Positions 20,149 through 28,758 of a stretch of 64,000 nucleotides of DNA are shown here, piece after piece. The stretch is from Faecousia sp. (GTDB lineage Bacteria; Bacillota; Clostridia; Oscillospirales; Oscillospiraceae), in contig JBGVDK010000129.1 in NCBI GenBank assembly GCA_045119355.1, positions 104 through 64,103 of the forward strand, in the 5' to 3' direction. Position 1 is the stretch's first letter; each line of letters starts with the position of its first letter. Made by a program: the position numbers and the translations under genes. The notes below the pieces were generated by a model. That model made no database searches, was not told the DNA's origin, and worked only from the letters and a program-made list of their open reading frames with translations.

Positions 20149-20904
20149 TTATAGCTTTGCTTTGAATTCCTCCGCCAGGTTCCGGTACGCGACGCTTCCC
20201 CTGCTGGATCGGTCGTAGTGCATCACGGGAATTCCATGGCTGGGGGCTTCCGCCAGACGGACGTTCCGGGGAATGACGTTGGCGAAGACCTTGCCGGGGA
20301 AATGATGCCGCACCTCCTGGGCCACCTGGTTGGAGAAGTTGGTCCGGCCGTCGAACATGGTCAGGATCACGCCGAAGATGTTCAGGTTCGGATTCAGCTT
20401 CCGCTTCACCGCCCGGAGGGTGTTCATCAGGTCCGCCAGACCTTCCAACGCGTAGTACTCGCACTGGACCGGCACCACAATGGAGTCGGCGGCGCATAGG
20501 CCGTTGAGGGTCAGCAGTTCCAGAGACGGCGGGCAGTCGATGAAGATCACGTCGTAGTCAAAGCGGAGCTTCGCCAGGGCGTTTTTCAGCTGGAACTCCC
20601 GGGAATCCATTCCGATCAGCTCCACGGCCGCGCCCGCCAGGTCGCTGGACGAGGGCAGCACGTCGCCGTAGGGGGTCTGGACGATGGCTTCTTTCGGGTC
20701 CACGCCGTTGATGACCACGTCGTAGACGCTGTTCTTAATTTTCCGCTTTTCGATGCCGAGGCCGGAGGTCGCGTTGGCCTGGGGGTCGAAGTCGCAGAGC
20801 AGGGTCCGCAGGCCCAGATCATGGAGGGCGGATGAGAGATTGACGGCGGTGGTGGTTTTGCCCACGCCGCCCTTTTGGTTTACGATGGCGAAAATTTTAC
20901 CCAT
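20149..20904 (-). CDS. parA: ParA/Soj ATPase
   Basis: NQKGGVGKTTT, DPQANAT, DCPPSL, PVQCEYYALEG, RNVRLAEAPS. Confidence 0.97.
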   Translation of the reverse strand: MGKIFAIVNQKGGVGKTTTAVNLSSALHDLGLRTLLCDFDPQANATSGLGIEKRKIKNSVYDVVINGVDPKEAIVQTPYGDVLPSSSDLAGAAVELIGMDSREFQLKNALAKLRFDYDVIFIDCPPSLELLTLNGLCAADSIVVPVQCEYYALEGLADLMNTLRAVKRKLNPNLNIFGVILTMFDGRTNFSNQVAQEVRHHFPGKVFANVIPRNVRLAEAPSHGIPVMHYDRSSRGSVAYRNLAEEFKAKL

Positions 20905-20984
20905 TTGCCTACCTCCCAAATTTCTGCGTTCATTATACCATATCTGTTTTTAAAATCAATATCTTTCCGTTTTCTGACCGCCGA

Positions 20985-21000
20985 TGTTTCACGTGAAACA
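20985..21000. promoter_or_regulatory. parS site
   Basis: Perfect TGTTTCACGTGAAACA. Confidence 0.95.
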
Positions 21001-21072
21001 CTTTCTTTTTTTGTGCAGGAATGAGAAAACACCTTCTGGATGAGCAGAAGGTGTTTGATGGACAAAAACGAA

Positions 21073-21088
21073 TGTTTCACGTGAAACA
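21073..21088. promoter_or_regulatory. parS site
   Basis: Perfect TGTTTCACGTGAAACA. Confidence 0.95.
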
Positions 21089-21094
21089 TAGAAT

Positions 21095-21445
21095 TCAGCG
21101 TCTCAGGGGTGAGTCCTCCGCCGCCTCGGTGGAGTAGTTCTGCCCGATACCGAAGCCGTTGTGGTCGGTGCTCTGGAAATGGTAGATCAGGATTCCAACA
21201 CTGACGCCCAGCACAATCACCAGGGCCAATACCACGCAGATCAGGATGTGAATGACCCGCCGGAGCTTCAGGATGATCTCATCGGGATTTTCCCGCTTGA
21301 CAGGAGTGGTATAGACCTTCTGGGGACGCTTGGGAATGGTGACGGGGGTCCCGGGTTTGACGGGGGATTTCTCCATGCTGGCGAGACATACCGGACAGAA
21401 AACCTGATTGGCCTCCGTTTCCCTGCCGCATTTCATGCACTGCAT
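21095..21445 (-). CDS. Zinc-ribbon single-TM hypothetical protein
   Basis: CMKC..CPVC followed by a TM helix; AAGGAGG RBS. Confidence 0.8.
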   Translation of the reverse strand: MQCMKCGRETEANQVFCPVCLASMEKSPVKPGTPVTIPKRPQKVYTTPVKRENPDEIILKLRRVIHILICVVLALVIVLGVSVGILIYHFQSTDHNGFGIGQNYSTEAAEDSPLRR

Positions 21446-21520
21446 CTGCCTTCCCTCCTTGAAATCGCTTTTTTATATTGTACATGATTTCCGGCGGTTC
21501 GTAAAGAGGGAAAATGAGCA

Positions 21521-21592
21521 AGTGCTGAGTGCACAGTGCTGAATGCTGAGTGAAAAGCAAAACTCAGCACTCAGAACTCAGAACTGTGCACT
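21521..21592. repeat. Inverted heptamer array (AGTGCTG family)
   Basis: 4 direct and 4 inverted degenerate units. Confidence 0.85.
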
Positions 21593-21670
21593 GCGGCCAC
21601 CGGCCGCCGTTATTCTGTACAAAAGCATCGATACAGAAATGGTGATGTATACGAAGTTATTTGAATCCTA

Positions 21671-21699
21671 TTGACAATCACGTGATTGCGTGATAATAT
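21671..21699 (+). promoter_or_regulatory. sigmaA promoter with a 14-bp palindrome in the spacer
   Basis: TTGACA-17 bp-TAATAT; CAATCACGTGATTG at 21675-21688. Confidence 0.65.
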
Positions 21700-21728
21700 C
21701 AAACCATCCTAATTAGGAGGTACATACA

Positions 21729-22280
21729 ATGGATTGGACAATACCTGGAACGGTGCTCATCGGACCAAGAGAAGACGTGGAGCACTCCATTCAGCAGATC
21801 GAGGGAATGTTCCTGGGCGGCGGCATTGTCCGCAGCCAGGTGGCCGCGGTGACGGGGCTGGAGCCCCACGCGGTGCAGAACTGGATGAAGCGGGGCTTCC
21901 TCTCCAACCCGGTGAACAAGCGCTACACCCTCCGGCAGTTCAGCCGGATCGCCATCATCAACATGCTCAAGGGGGTCATGCCCCTGGAAAAGATCTGCGG
22001 CCTGCTCAGCTATGTCAACGGCGATCTGGCGGACGAGAGCGACGACCTGATCGACGACACCCTGCTCTACTTCATGTTCCTCCGGCTGGCCAGCCAGGCC
22101 CGGCACATCGGCGGGACCCGGAGCTGGGACGAGGTGATCCCGGAGATCCTGGCGGACTATGTCGAGCCGGTCCCCGGCGCCAAGGAGCGGATCGACAAGG
22201 TGCTCCGGATCATGCTCACCGCCTGGATCGCTGTCCGGACCATGCAGGAGGCGGAGCACATGCTGGAACAGCTCCATTGA
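21729..22280 (+). CDS. DUF1836-like putative HTH DNA-binding protein
   Basis: QVAAVTGLEPHAVQNWMKRGFL..P..KRY; AGGAGG RBS. Confidence 0.75.
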   Translation: MDWTIPGTVLIGPREDVEHSIQQIEGMFLGGGIVRSQVAAVTGLEPHAVQNWMKRGFLSNPVNKRYTLRQFSRIAIINMLKGVMPLEKICGLLSYVNGDLADESDDLIDDTLLYFMFLRLASQARHIGGTRSWDEVIPEILADYVEPVPGAKERIDKVLRIMLTAWIAVRTMQEAEHMLEQLH

Positions 22281-22313
22281 AAAAATTAAGAAATAAAAAG
22301 GAGAATCAATAAC

Positions 22314-23351
22314 ATGGAACAGAATGGAACCTATCGCTGGGTCAACGAGGACCAGCCGGGCTCCCCTTCCGGGAAGGGCCCGAAAAAGTTTCACGTGAAA
22401 CCTAAAAAAATCGGAACCATCGCGGTGATCGTGGCGCTGGCCCTGATCCTGCTGATCGGCGGGACCAGCTGCTTCTACACCGTGGATGACAAGCAGCAGG
22501 CGGTGGTCACCACCTTCGGCAAGGTTACCGACATCACCGACGCCGGCGTCCACTTCAAGCTCCCCTTCGGCATCCAGCAGGTCCAGAAGGTGGACGTGAA
22601 CGTCTATCAGCAGATCGAGCTGGGCTACCGCTCCAAGGGCGGCGGCGACTTCCAGACCCTGGAGGACGAGATCTCCATGATCACCGGCGATTACAACATC
22701 GTCAACGTGGACTTCTTCGTGGAGTACAAAATCTCGGACCCCGTGGCCTACCTCTACTCCTCCAACGACCCGGAGCTGATCCTCCGGAACCTGATCCAGA
22801 GCCAGGTCCGGAACGTGGTGGGCTCCTCCTCGGTGGATGACGTGCTCACCTCTGGCAAGGAGAACATCCAGATGCAGGTGAAGGAGCTGGTGGCCTCCAT
22901 TTTGGAGGAATATGACATCGGCCTGACCCTGGTTGATGTGAAGATCCAGGACTCCGAGCCGCCTACGCAAGAGGTCATCGAGGCCTTCAAGGCGGTGGAG
23001 ACCGCCAAGCAGCAGGCCGAGACCGTGGTCAACGACGCCAAGGCCTACCAGAACGCCCAGCTTCCCGACGCCCAGGCCCAGGCGGACAAGCTGATCCAGA
23101 ACGCGGAGTACCTGAAGCAGAAGCGCATCAACGAGGCCATCGAGCAGGTGGCCATGTTCGAGGCCATGTATGAAGAGTACGCCCTGAACCCCGCCATCAC
23201 CAAGACCCGGATGTATTACGAAGCCATTCAGGAGATCCTCCCCGGGGTGACCCTCTACATCGACACCACGGGAACCGGAAACATCGACATGATGCTTCCC
23301 CTGAGCTCCTTCTCCGAAGGCTCGACCACCATCCAGAACGGAGGTAACTGA
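22314..23351 (+). CDS. hflK: HflK-like SPFH protein (FtsH modulator)
   Basis: VVTTFGK, HFKLPFGIQ, MITGDYNIV, PP..V.EAF. Confidence 0.88.
   Translation: MEQNGTYRWVNEDQPGSPSGKGPKKFHVKPKKIGTIAVIVALALILLIGGTSCFYTVDDKQQAVVTTFGKVTDITDAGVHFKLPFGIQQVQKVDVNVYQQIELGYRSKGGGDFQTLEDEISMITGDYNIVNVDFFVEYKISDPVAYLYSSNDPELILRNLIQSQVRNVVGSSSVDDVLTSGKENIQMQVKELVASILEEYDIGLTLVDVKIQDSEPPTQEVIEAFKAVETAKQQAETVVNDAKAYQNAQLPDAQAQADKLIQNAEYLKQKRINEAIEQVAMFEAMYEEYALNPAITKTRMYYEAIQEILPGVTLYIDTTGTGNIDMMLPLSSFSEGSTTIQNGGN
22387..22402. promoter_or_regulatory. parS-like site inside hflK
   Basis: AGTTTCACGTGAAACC, 14/16 match with the palindromic core intact. Confidence 0.75.
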
Positions 23352-23352
23352 T

Positions 23353-24231
23353 ATGAAGATCGGTAAGATCATTGCCATTGTCCTCGCGGTTGTGCTTCTG
23401 ATCTGCGGACTGAACAGCATCTACACCGTGGAGGAGGACCAATACGCATGTGTGGTCCGGTTCTCCAAAATCGAGGAGACCACCGCGGAAGCGGGCATCC
23501 ACTTCAAGGTCCCCTTCCTGGACTCTGTGAAGTATTTCTCTAAGGCCACCCAGTTCTACGACATTCCCCCCAGCGAGGTCCTGACCTCTGATAAGCAGAA
23601 CATGACCGTGGACTGCTACGTCCTCTGGCGGATCGAAGACCCCCTGAAGTTCTACCAGTCCCTGGGCACCGTGGACAAGGCCGAGCAGAGATTGGACGCC
23701 ATCACCTACAACGAACTGAAAACCGTCATGGGCACCCTGGCTCAGGCGGACATCATCAACATGAACGACGGCGCTGAGCGCAACGACATCTACGAGGGCA
23801 TCGCGGTTTCCGTGGACGAGCTGGCCCAGACCTACGGCATCACCGTGGAGGACGTGAAGATCAAGCGCTTTGATCTCCCCGAGTCCAACGAAAACGCCGT
23901 CTACTCCCGGATGATCTCCGAGCGGAACCAGATGGCCGAGAAGTACACCGCCGACGGCGCTTACGAGGCATCCATCATCCGCAACGACGTGGACAAGCAG
24001 GTGAACATCATCATCTCCAACGCCAAGGCAGAAGCCGCCAAGCTGGAAGCCGAGGGTGAAGCGGAGTACATGCGCCTGCTTGCTGAAGCATATGATACCG
24101 ACGAGAAGAAGGAATTTTACGAGTTCACCATTGCCCTGGACGCTCTGAAGCAGAGCCTCACCGGCGAGGAAAAGACCATCATCCTGGACGCGGATTCCGC
24201 ATTGGCGAAAATCCTGACGGGTAACGGTTGA
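23353..24231 (+). CDS. hflC: HflC-like SPFH protein
   Basis: GIHFKVPF, VLTSDK, DVKIKRFDLP, VYSRMISER. Confidence 0.9.
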   Translation: MKIGKIIAIVLAVVLLICGLNSIYTVEEDQYACVVRFSKIEETTAEAGIHFKVPFLDSVKYFSKATQFYDIPPSEVLTSDKQNMTVDCYVLWRIEDPLKFYQSLGTVDKAEQRLDAITYNELKTVMGTLAQADIINMNDGAERNDIYEGIAVSVDELAQTYGITVEDVKIKRFDLPESNENAVYSRMISERNQMAEKYTADGAYEASIIRNDVDKQVNIIISNAKAEAAKLEAEGEAEYMRLLAEAYDTDEKKEFYEFTIALDALKQSLTGEEKTIILDADSALAKILTGNG

Positions 24232-24233
24232 TC

Positions 24234-24256
24234 GTAGGGGCGACCATTGATCGCCC
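24234..24256 (+). repeat. GTAG REP family B
   Basis: GTAGGGGCGACCATTGATCGCCC. Confidence 0.85.
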
Positions 24257-24282
24257 GAAGGAAAAAGAGAGGAGGAACGAGA

Positions 24283-24759
24283 TTGAAACTCTACATCAAA
24301 GAAAAGGTATTCTCCTGGTCGGACAAGTTCACCGTCTGGGACGAGCACGGAAACGAGCGTTACTTCGTGGAGGGCGAAATCTTCTCCTGGGGCAAGAAGC
24401 TCCACGTGAGAAACGCCTGGGGCGAGGAGGTGGCTTTCATCCGGCAGGAGCTGTTCACCTTCCTCCCCTGCTACCGGGTGGAGGTGGGCGGCCGGGAGGT
24501 TGCCCAGGTGCGGAAGGAGTTTTCCTTCTTCCGCCCCCGCTACCGGGTGGACGGCCTGGGCTGGGAGGTGGAGGGCCACTTCCTGGAACATGACTATGAG
24601 ATCACCGAAATGGGCCGGACCATCGTCTCCATCGAAAAGGAGTGGATGACCTGGGGCGACAGCTATGTGCTGAACATCGCCAACCCCGCCGATGAGCTGG
24701 TGGCCCTGGCGGTGGTGCTCACCATCGACTGCGTGGTGGAGAGTCAGAATAACGACTAA
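24283..24759 (+). CDS. LURP-one/Tubby-C2 family protein (YxjI-like)
   Basis: LYIKEKVFSWSDKF, WMTWGDSY; TTG start after GGAGG. Confidence 0.85.
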   Translation: MKLYIKEKVFSWSDKFTVWDEHGNERYFVEGEIFSWGKKLHVRNAWGEEVAFIRQELFTFLPCYRVEVGGREVAQVRKEFSFFRPRYRVDGLGWEVEGHFLEHDYEITEMGRTIVSIEKEWMTWGDSYVLNIANPADELVALAVVLTIDCVVESQNND

Positions 24760-24780
24760 TTCAGAACGTATCATCAAACC

Positions 24781-24803
24781 GTAGGGGCGACCATTGGTCG
24801 CCC
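24781..24803 (+). repeat. GTAG REP family B
   Basis: GTAGGGGCGACCATTGGTCGCCC. Confidence 0.88.
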
Positions 24804-24848
24804 GCCGAAAAAGAAACAGAAAACATAGAAAAATAAGGAGGAAACATT

Positions 24849-26282
24849 ATGGAATGGATCATCGGAATTGGAGTACCCATCATTCTCATCATCGCCCTGG
24901 TGGCCGCGGGCTATGTCAAGGCTCCCCCGGACACGGCCTACATCATCTCCGGCTTCCGCAAGCCCCGGATTCTCATTGGTAAAGCCGGTATCCGCATCCC
25001 CTTCTTGGAGCGGCTGGATAAGCTGTCCCTGAAAATGTTCAGCGTGGACGTGAAAACCACCGACTACGTCCCCAACGCCGAGTACATCAACGTGAAAGTG
25101 GACGCCACCGTCAAAATCCGCATCGGCCAGACCGAGGAAATGATGACCCTGGCCTCCAAGTTCTTCCTGAATGAGCGGGAGGAAAAGATCATCGAGCGGG
25201 TCCAGGACACCCTGGAGGGCAATATGCGTGAGATCGTGGGCCAGATGCGGCTGGAGGAGATGGTCACGGACCGGAAGGCCTTCGGCGAGCGGGTCCAGGA
25301 GAACGCTATCCCCGACCTGCAGAAGATGGGCCTGGAGATGATCTCCTTCAACGTCCAGTCCTTCTCCGACCAGAACAACGTCATCGAGGACCTGGGTATC
25401 GACAACATCTCCCAGATCAAGAAGGGCGCGGCCATCGCCAAGGCCCAGGCGGACCGGGACATCGCCATCTCCCAGGCCCAGGCCGCCAAGGAGGCCAACG
25501 ACGCCAAGGTCAAGGCCAACATGGAGATCGCCGAGAAGCAGACCGCCCTTGCCATCCGTCAGGCGGAGCTGAAGCAGCAGTCCGACGTGAAGAAGGCGGA
25601 AGCCGACGCCGCCTACTCCATCCAGGAGCAGGAGCAGAGAAAGACCATCGAAGTCACCTCCGCCAACGCCAACATCGCCAAGGCCGAACGGGAAGCCGAG
25701 CTGAAGGCCCGTGAGGTGGAGGTCAAGAAGCAGACCCTGGACGCGGAAATTCGCGCGAAAGCCGACGCCGAGCGCTACCGTCAGGAGCAGGAGGCCCAGG
25801 CGGAGCTGTTCAAGCGCCAGAAGGACGCCGAGGCCAAGCGCTACGAGCAGGAGCAGGAAGCCGCCGCGGAAATGAAGATCGCGGAAGCCAAGCGCTTCGC
25901 CAAGGAGCAGGAGGCCGAAGGTATCGCCGCCGTGGGCCGTGCCGAAGCGGAAGCCATCCGGGCCAAGGCTCTGGCGGAGGCGGAAGGCATCGACAAGAAG
26001 GCCGAGGCCATGAAGAAGTACGGCGAAGCCGCTGTGGTGGAAATGATCATGGCCGCACTGCCTGAGATCGCCAAGAACGTGGCTGAGCCTCTGGCGAAGG
26101 TGGACAAGATCACCATGTACGGCGAGGGCAACTCCGCCAAGCTGGTGGGCGACATCGTCAACTCCACCACTCAGATCACCGAGGGCATCAGCGCCGGCAT
26201 GGGCATCGACCTGCGGAGCCTGCTGATGGGCGCTCTCGGCGGCAAGCTGGCGGCGGACGCCTGCGACCATAACGACGACTGA
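24849..26282 (+). CDS. Flotillin-like SPFH protein
   Basis: LEGNMREIVG, DLQKMGLE, long AEAE coiled coil, PLAKVDKITMY. Confidence 0.93.
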   Translation: MEWIIGIGVPIILIIALVAAGYVKAPPDTAYIISGFRKPRILIGKAGIRIPFLERLDKLSLKMFSVDVKTTDYVPNAEYINVKVDATVKIRIGQTEEMMTLASKFFLNEREEKIIERVQDTLEGNMREIVGQMRLEEMVTDRKAFGERVQENAIPDLQKMGLEMISFNVQSFSDQNNVIEDLGIDNISQIKKGAAIAKAQADRDIAISQAQAAKEANDAKVKANMEIAEKQTALAIRQAELKQQSDVKKAEADAAYSIQEQEQRKTIEVTSANANIAKAEREAELKAREVEVKKQTLDAEIRAKADAERYRQEQEAQAELFKRQKDAEAKRYEQEQEAAAEMKIAEAKRFAKEQEAEGIAAVGRAEAEAIRAKALAEAEGIDKKAEAMKKYGEAAVVEMIMAALPEIAKNVAEPLAKVDKITMYGEGNSAKLVGDIVNSTTQITEGISAGMGIDLRSLLMGALGGKLAADACDHNDD

Positions 26283-26300
26283 GCCGTAACATAAAACCAC

Positions 26301-26421
26301 TGTCATTGCGAGGGCCGAAGGCCCGTGGCAATCCGCATCCCCTGCGAGGCTTCGCATCGCGCGGCTCTCTGAGCCGCAAGAGAACGGATTGCCGCGGTCG
26401 CTCCGCTCCCTCGCAATGACA
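26301..26421. repeat. TGTCATTGCGAG...CTCGCAATGACA palindromic element (CGTC-type)
   Basis: Terminal IR plus inner GGCAATCCG/CGGATTGCC. Confidence 0.85.
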
Positions 26422-26448
26422 GGAAAAATGGTGGAAAGGAGAACAGCT

Positions 26449-26778
26449 ATGGCAAAACTAGAACGGACCTATCATGGAGAGAACTTTGACACCATCCTCC
26501 GAAAAATCGAGAACGCCGTCCTGAACGGCAGCGTGTCCGCTTCCCTGGAGGATTCCTCGGACTTTGACACGGGAACCGCCCGGTGCGCGGTACGGGTGTT
26601 CGAGCGGTATTCCTACGCCGGGGGCAACCGGGTGAGCATGAATGTGACGCTGTTCCAGTCCGGGGAGCTGATTTGTCTCACCGCCATCACCTCCGGCGGC
26701 AGTCAGGCCATGTTCTTCAAGGTGAATACCTGGGGCGAGGAAACCTTTCTGGATACCCTGGCGGATGCGCTGGGATGA
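26449..26778 (+). CDS. Conserved hypothetical protein (DUF6054-like)
   Basis: VRVFERYSYAGGNRVS...SGGSQA..FK...GEE; AAGGAG RBS. Confidence 0.75.
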   Translation: MAKLERTYHGENFDTILRKIENAVLNGSVSASLEDSSDFDTGTARCAVRVFERYSYAGGNRVSMNVTLFQSGELICLTAITSGGSQAMFFKVNTWGEETFLDTLADALG

Positions 26779-26779
26779 A

Positions 26780-26814
26780 AAACACCCTCCGGTTTTCGTG
26801 ACCGGAGGGTGTTC
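26780..26814. terminator. Terminator between convergent genes
   Basis: AACACCCTCCGGT/ACCGGAGGGTGTT. Confidence 0.75.
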
Positions 26815-27161
26815 TATTTCATATTCTCTTTTGCCGTGTTGATGGAGGCAATTAACATGCGACGGATGGTTCCGCATTGATTGTAAAGGTCAACGGCCGC
26901 TTCCCTGCCCAGAATGTCGGACTTCACAAACAGTTCCAGCCAGTATTCCGCTTCATAGCATTCCTTCAAAGCGATTTGCAGCTTCGCAATGAAATCCGTC
27001 TTGCCATGTGCGTAGTTGGCCTCCCGGATGTTTGCGCCGATGGAAGTAGCGGAACGTTCCAGCTGATTCACAAGGGAATAGTGACCATTTATGGTTTCGC
27101 ACAGCTTGATGATCTTCACCGCAAAATCTGTTGAAAGCTCCCGGAGCTTGGAATCCGCCAT
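26814..27161 (-). CDS. Four helix bundle protein (23S rRNA IVP/Avd-like)
   Basis: QLERSATSIGANIREA...DFIAKLQIALKECYEAEYWLELF signature; lower GC than the host genes. Confidence 0.92.
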   Translation of the reverse strand: MADSKLRELSTDFAVKIIKLCETINGHYSLVNQLERSATSIGANIREANYAHGKTDFIAKLQIALKECYEAEYWLELFVKSDILGREAAVDLYNQCGTIRRMLIASINTAKENMK

Positions 27162-27215
27162 AGTCGTAACCACCCTTCCTGAAGGTATTATACAATAGGA
27201 AAGATGGTTTGTGTA

Positions 27216-27394
27216 GTGAAATATTTGCCTATCGGCAAATGTGAAATAATGGCCTTACGGCCATTGTGAAATTTTTCGCTTACGCGAAAAGTGAAATAAA
27301 ATTCGTTCCAACACGTGCGAAGCACATTTCACATGGCGGAGCCATATTTCACTGCCGCAGGCAATTTCACTCGTTCCGAAGGAACGAATTTCAC
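27216..27394. repeat. GTGAAAT/ATTTCAC-punctuated hairpin array, full copy
   Basis: GTGAAAT at 27216, 27241, 27266 and 27291 separated by 7-bp-stem hairpins; ATTTCAC at 27326, 27346, 27364 and 27388 separated by hairpins. Confidence 0.9.
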
Positions 27395-27436
27395 TGAAAA
27401 AAGAAGCACTTGCATAAGCAAGTGCTTCTTTTTTCA
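27395..27436 (-). terminator. tRNA operon terminator
   Basis: GAAAAAAGAAGCACTTGC-ATAA-GCAAGTGCTTCTTTTTTC. Confidence 0.9.
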
Positions 27437-27514
27437 TGGGGTGGCTGATGGGACTCGAACCCACGATCTTCAGAGCCACAATCTGACGCCTTAGCCAACT
27501 AGGCCACAACCACC
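27437..27514 (-). tRNA. tRNA-His(GTG)
   Basis: Cloverleaf, anticodon GTG, G-1, TTCGAGT T-loop, encoded CCA. Confidence 0.96.
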
Positions 27515-27546
27515 ATATTTTGTTTGCTGAAAACTGAGAGAGCAGA

Positions 27547-27623
27547 TGGCACGCCAGGAGGGACTCGAACCCCCGACCTACTGCTTAGAAGGCAGTTGCT
27601 CTATCCAGCTGAGCTACTGGCGC
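27547..27623 (-). tRNA. tRNA-Arg(TCT)
   Basis: Cloverleaf GCGCCAG...CTGGCGT GCCA, anticodon TCT. Confidence 0.96.
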
Positions 27624-27630
27624 ATTTCTA

Positions 27631-27704
27631 TGGAGCGGGTGACGGGAATCGGACCCGCGTATCCAGCTTGGAAGGCTGGTGTTCTACCATTGAACTACAC
27701 CCGC
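27631..27704 (-). tRNA. tRNA-Gly(TCC)
   Basis: Cloverleaf GCGGGTG...CACCCGC TCCA, anticodon TCC; T-loop reads TCCGATT. Confidence 0.93.
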
Positions 27705-27768
27705 AGATCCTGCTGTCTAGCGTTCTCAGCCATAGAATCTTACCACAGCTTCTCTCATTTGTCAAGCC

Positions 27769-28614
27769 TTATCCGAGAATTTCCGGAATTTTTTCGTAAA
27801 TCACATCCGCAACCGCCCCGTCGCCGCACTTGCACACGTTCTCGAACCGGTCCCGGATGATGGCGTCGGCGGGACAATAGGCATAGTCCGCGTCGGAAAG
27901 CATGGTTACGTCGTTTTCTCCGTCACCCACGCACACGAGAATCTTCCGTCCCAGCTCCTTCTGAAGCCGCCGGGCGGAGCGGGCCTTGCTGATGCCCTTG
28001 GCGTGGACGTCGATGATCCGGTCCGCGGCCCGGAAAACCACGCACTTGTCCCCGAATTCCCGTTCCAGGGTGGCCTGGATCTCGTCCATCCGGGCCATTT
28101 CGGCGGGGGAACCTTCATACAGATGGGCCACGGTCACGTCCCGGATCTCGCCGTAGATGGAGAACTTCAGGAAGGGCGACAGCTCGTCTTCCAGGGTTGC
28201 AAAGGCCCAGGGGCACTGCTCGTGGATGCAGAAATCACGCCACATCTCATTCTGCTCGAACAGATAATGATGCTTCACACCCTGAAGCTCCACCGGATGC
28301 CCGGGAAACAGCTCCATGGCCTTCCGGATGGTCTCCCGCCAGGGAAGGTCAATTTCATGAGTGAAGGTGAACTCCCCCGCTTCCTTGTCGTAGGCGGCGG
28401 AGCCGTTGTACAGCAGCAGCGGCGCGTTCACGGGCACCACATCCATCAGCCGGGAGTACATGGGCACAGACCGGCCGGTGTTCACGGTAAAAGCGCCGCC
28501 GTTGTCCATAAAATAGCGGATGGCCTCCAGATTCCGGGCAGGAATGGAGGAATCCGGCCCGGTGAGGGTCCGGTCAAAGTCTACGGTGAGCAACACATCA
28601 GAAAATTTGGCCAT
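27769..28614 (-). CDS. Cof-type HAD phosphatase
   Basis: DFDRTL, NTGR, KGISKA, GDGEND. Confidence 0.9.
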   Translation of the reverse strand: MAKFSDVLLTVDFDRTLTGPDSSIPARNLEAIRYFMDNGGAFTVNTGRSVPMYSRLMDVVPVNAPLLLYNGSAAYDKEAGEFTFTHEIDLPWRETIRKAMELFPGHPVELQGVKHHYLFEQNEMWRDFCIHEQCPWAFATLEDELSPFLKFSIYGEIRDVTVAHLYEGSPAEMARMDEIQATLEREFGDKCVVFRAADRIIDVHAKGISKARSARRLQKELGRKILVCVGDGENDVTMLSDADYAYCPADAIIRDRFENVCKCGDGAVADVIYEKIPEILG

Positions 28615-28640
28615 TACATTCACATCCTCAAAGTACGTTT

Positions 28641-28756
28641 GTAGGGACCGGCGTCCTCGACGGTCCGTTCGGTAAAATTTGACCTCGACGGGCAAATTTC
28701 ACCGCATACAATGCCGCCTGACGGCGGACCGGACCGTCCGGGAGGCCGGTCCCTAC
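28641..28756. repeat. GTAG REPIN family A, 115-bp type
   Basis: Inverted GTAG REP pair with the conserved spacer. Confidence 0.92.
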
Positions 28757-28758
28757 GA

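Noticed and set aside
21675-21688. Fourth parS site
   Set aside because: Only the central 8 of 16 bases match the consensus
26814-27161. Four-helix-bundle gene as part of a diversity-generating retroelement or an rRNA intervening sequence
   Set aside because: No reverse transcriptase, TR/VR pair or 23S rRNA was seen in the window
27216-27394. Hairpin array as a CRISPR array or integron attC cassettes
   Set aside because: The constant unit is only 7 bp, the spacers are self-complementary 11-18-mers, and no cas or integrase gene is present
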